Shown here one piece after another: positions 62,601 through 64,000 of a stretch of 64,000 nt of DNA. The DNA is from Oikopleura dioica (lineage: Eukaryota; Animalia; Chordata): assembly GCA_907165135.1 (NCBI GenBank), contig OU015568.1:3906001-3970000 (forward strand), read 5' to 3'. A program made the position numbers and the translations under genes. Under the pieces are notes generated by a model that made no database searches, was not told where the DNA came from, and worked only from the letters and a program-made list of their open reading frames with translations. The first letter of the stretch is position 1, and every line of letters starts with the position of its first letter.

Positions 62601-63318
62601 GAATCTTCTTCAAAAGCGTGTTCTGGAGAAAAAGATGTAAGCAAGCTGCTTACTTCTGTTACCCCTCTTGTCGAGGATGGTCTTTTTGTGTTCACAACGT
62701 CACCAGATGCCAAAGTGAGTGAATACAATCTTTCAATCAATCTGAATGCTTTATTTTCAAGAATTGCGAAGGTGTCAAAATGATTTTTCACGAAAGGGAA
62801 GCGGCAACTGTAATCCTTCCTTTGGACGTTGCGAAGTTGAAGGGGCTTGAGTACACGTTTCCCTCAAAGCTGATAACGTTGAACATACACTCGAGTCTTG
62901 AGGCAGTCGGATTCATGTACGGGTTGAAAATGGGTCGGCCTCTTCTTTTTTTTGAAAATATCGCTTCAAAGAGCTTGAAATTTTACCAGTGCCCCTGTTT
63001 TTTTAAAGTGCTAAAAATGACGACGTTACTTCCTGAATGACTCATTTGCGATGTCACGTCGTCATTTTTAGCATTTTGAGAAAACAGGGGGACGTTATAT
63101 CAAAAGTGAAAGATGGAATCGTAAGAAACTCACGTTTTTGAACTGCTCGGTTAATTATTTTTCGTTTGAATCCGGGGAAAAGAACGGAAATCAGCAGGAA
63201 GCTCACCGATTTGAAAATACCATGCAACGTTGTCGCCGGATACTACCATGATCATCTCTTCGTTCCTGAGCCGATGCTGGAGGATGCTCTTTCTGTGTTT
63301 CCCAATTTCAAAAACTGA
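59673..63318 (+). CDS. RmlD/MAT2B-like SDR reductase apparently fused to a DUF2241/ACT-domain module
   Basis: VFLTGASGFVG, IHCAA, FISTNYVFDGKEPPY, PRPHDC motifs; same ORF runs from DFSLQIKQCW into SGEKDVSKLL...; later exons LITLNIHSSLEAVG and PCNVVAGYYHDHLFVP. Confidence 0.65.
62992..63090. repeat. Intronic foldback inverted repeat (35 bp arms)
   Basis: 62992..63026 vs 63056..63090, 3 mismatches, 29 nt spacer. Confidence 0.85.
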
Positions 63319-63567
63319 GTTATAAAAAGCCTTTTATTCTTTGAAGGGTTTGGAAATGAATGTTTCGAGTGGCTCTAGAAGACTTAGTCGTGAATTTACT
63401 AGTTGTTCACACGTACAATTCAGTGAAGCGCTGTTATTGTTATTTTTGCTGTTTTATGAATCATGACGTAACCTGAATTCGGATTTTCAACATTTTTTAT
63501 TAAAAGATTATTCGGTTTTTTTTTACACGTCATTGCAAATCAAATCAAAAAGGAGTGTTGTCTTGTC

Positions 63568-63670
63568 TTATATAATATTATATCTATATTATTATATTTA
63601 TATTATTATTCTCTATTATTATATATTATATTATTATCTTATATTATATTATATATAATTATATATTACA
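63568..63670. repeat. AT-only low-complexity microsatellite (TAT/TATTA)
   Basis: Almost exclusively A/T short repeats. Confidence 0.9.
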
Positions 63671-64000
63671 GTTAATTATGGAATTTTTGGACATTTTTTG
63701 TCCCAAGATTTTCGCAAAAATGTCCAAAAATTCGATGCATGCTGTCAAAAAAAATGTCCCATCCAAATCGCTCAAAAAAAATTTTTTCGAGGAAAATATC
63801 CATCATCCTCTGTTTCATCCTTCTTCTAAAGACAAAAAATATTCTAAGGGTACGCGATCAACCTTCAATCTCATCATATTCAAAGAAAAAGTAAGATTTT
63901 CGATAAGAAAAAAGGCCATATCTGGCAAAAAACGGAAAATTTAAAATTTTGGCGCAGAAAATGTCCAAAAATTTGATACAGGCACTTTTGAAAAGTGTCC

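Noticed and set aside
63685-64000. Recurrent AAAATGTCC/GGACATTTT motifs suggesting another MITE
   Set aside because: Truncated by the window edge; no second terminus or TSD visible

Overview
Compact, intron-rich eukaryotic (animal) genomic DNA. Many ~40-60 nt introns, recurrent GA-AG/GC-AG introns, a cellulase and a Ty3/gypsy Tor-like element point to a larvacean tunicate such as Oikopleura dioica (inference, not checked). About 25 spliced genes can be reconstructed by eye. They include a multi-trefoil secreted protein, a carboxylesterase fused to Trp-rich repeats and a poly-Thr stalk (with an antisense Gla-like prepropeptide gene in its intron), eIF4E, valyl-tRNA synthetase, HIP1/Sla2, a CBM-GH9 cellulase, two Tctex-1-domain copies, an ACAD10/11-type dehydrogenase, a short vWA-like collagen, an RmlD/MAT2B-like reductase apparently fused to a bacterial-type ACT (DUF2241) domain, and a tRNA-Glu(CTC). 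Most striking: an intact 6.49 kb LTR retrotransposon (identical 256 bp LTRs, TA...CA ends, GCAT target duplication) sits inside the coding exon for the HIP1 I/LWEQ domain. A host GT just upstream and an AG made by the LTR end plus the duplicated G would let the whole element, or a later solo LTR, be spliced out in frame. Also present: a ~3.2 kb diverged tandem duplication with a piggyBac-like end at its junction, and two hAT-like MITEs. Exon boundaries are manual and unverified by RNA data.
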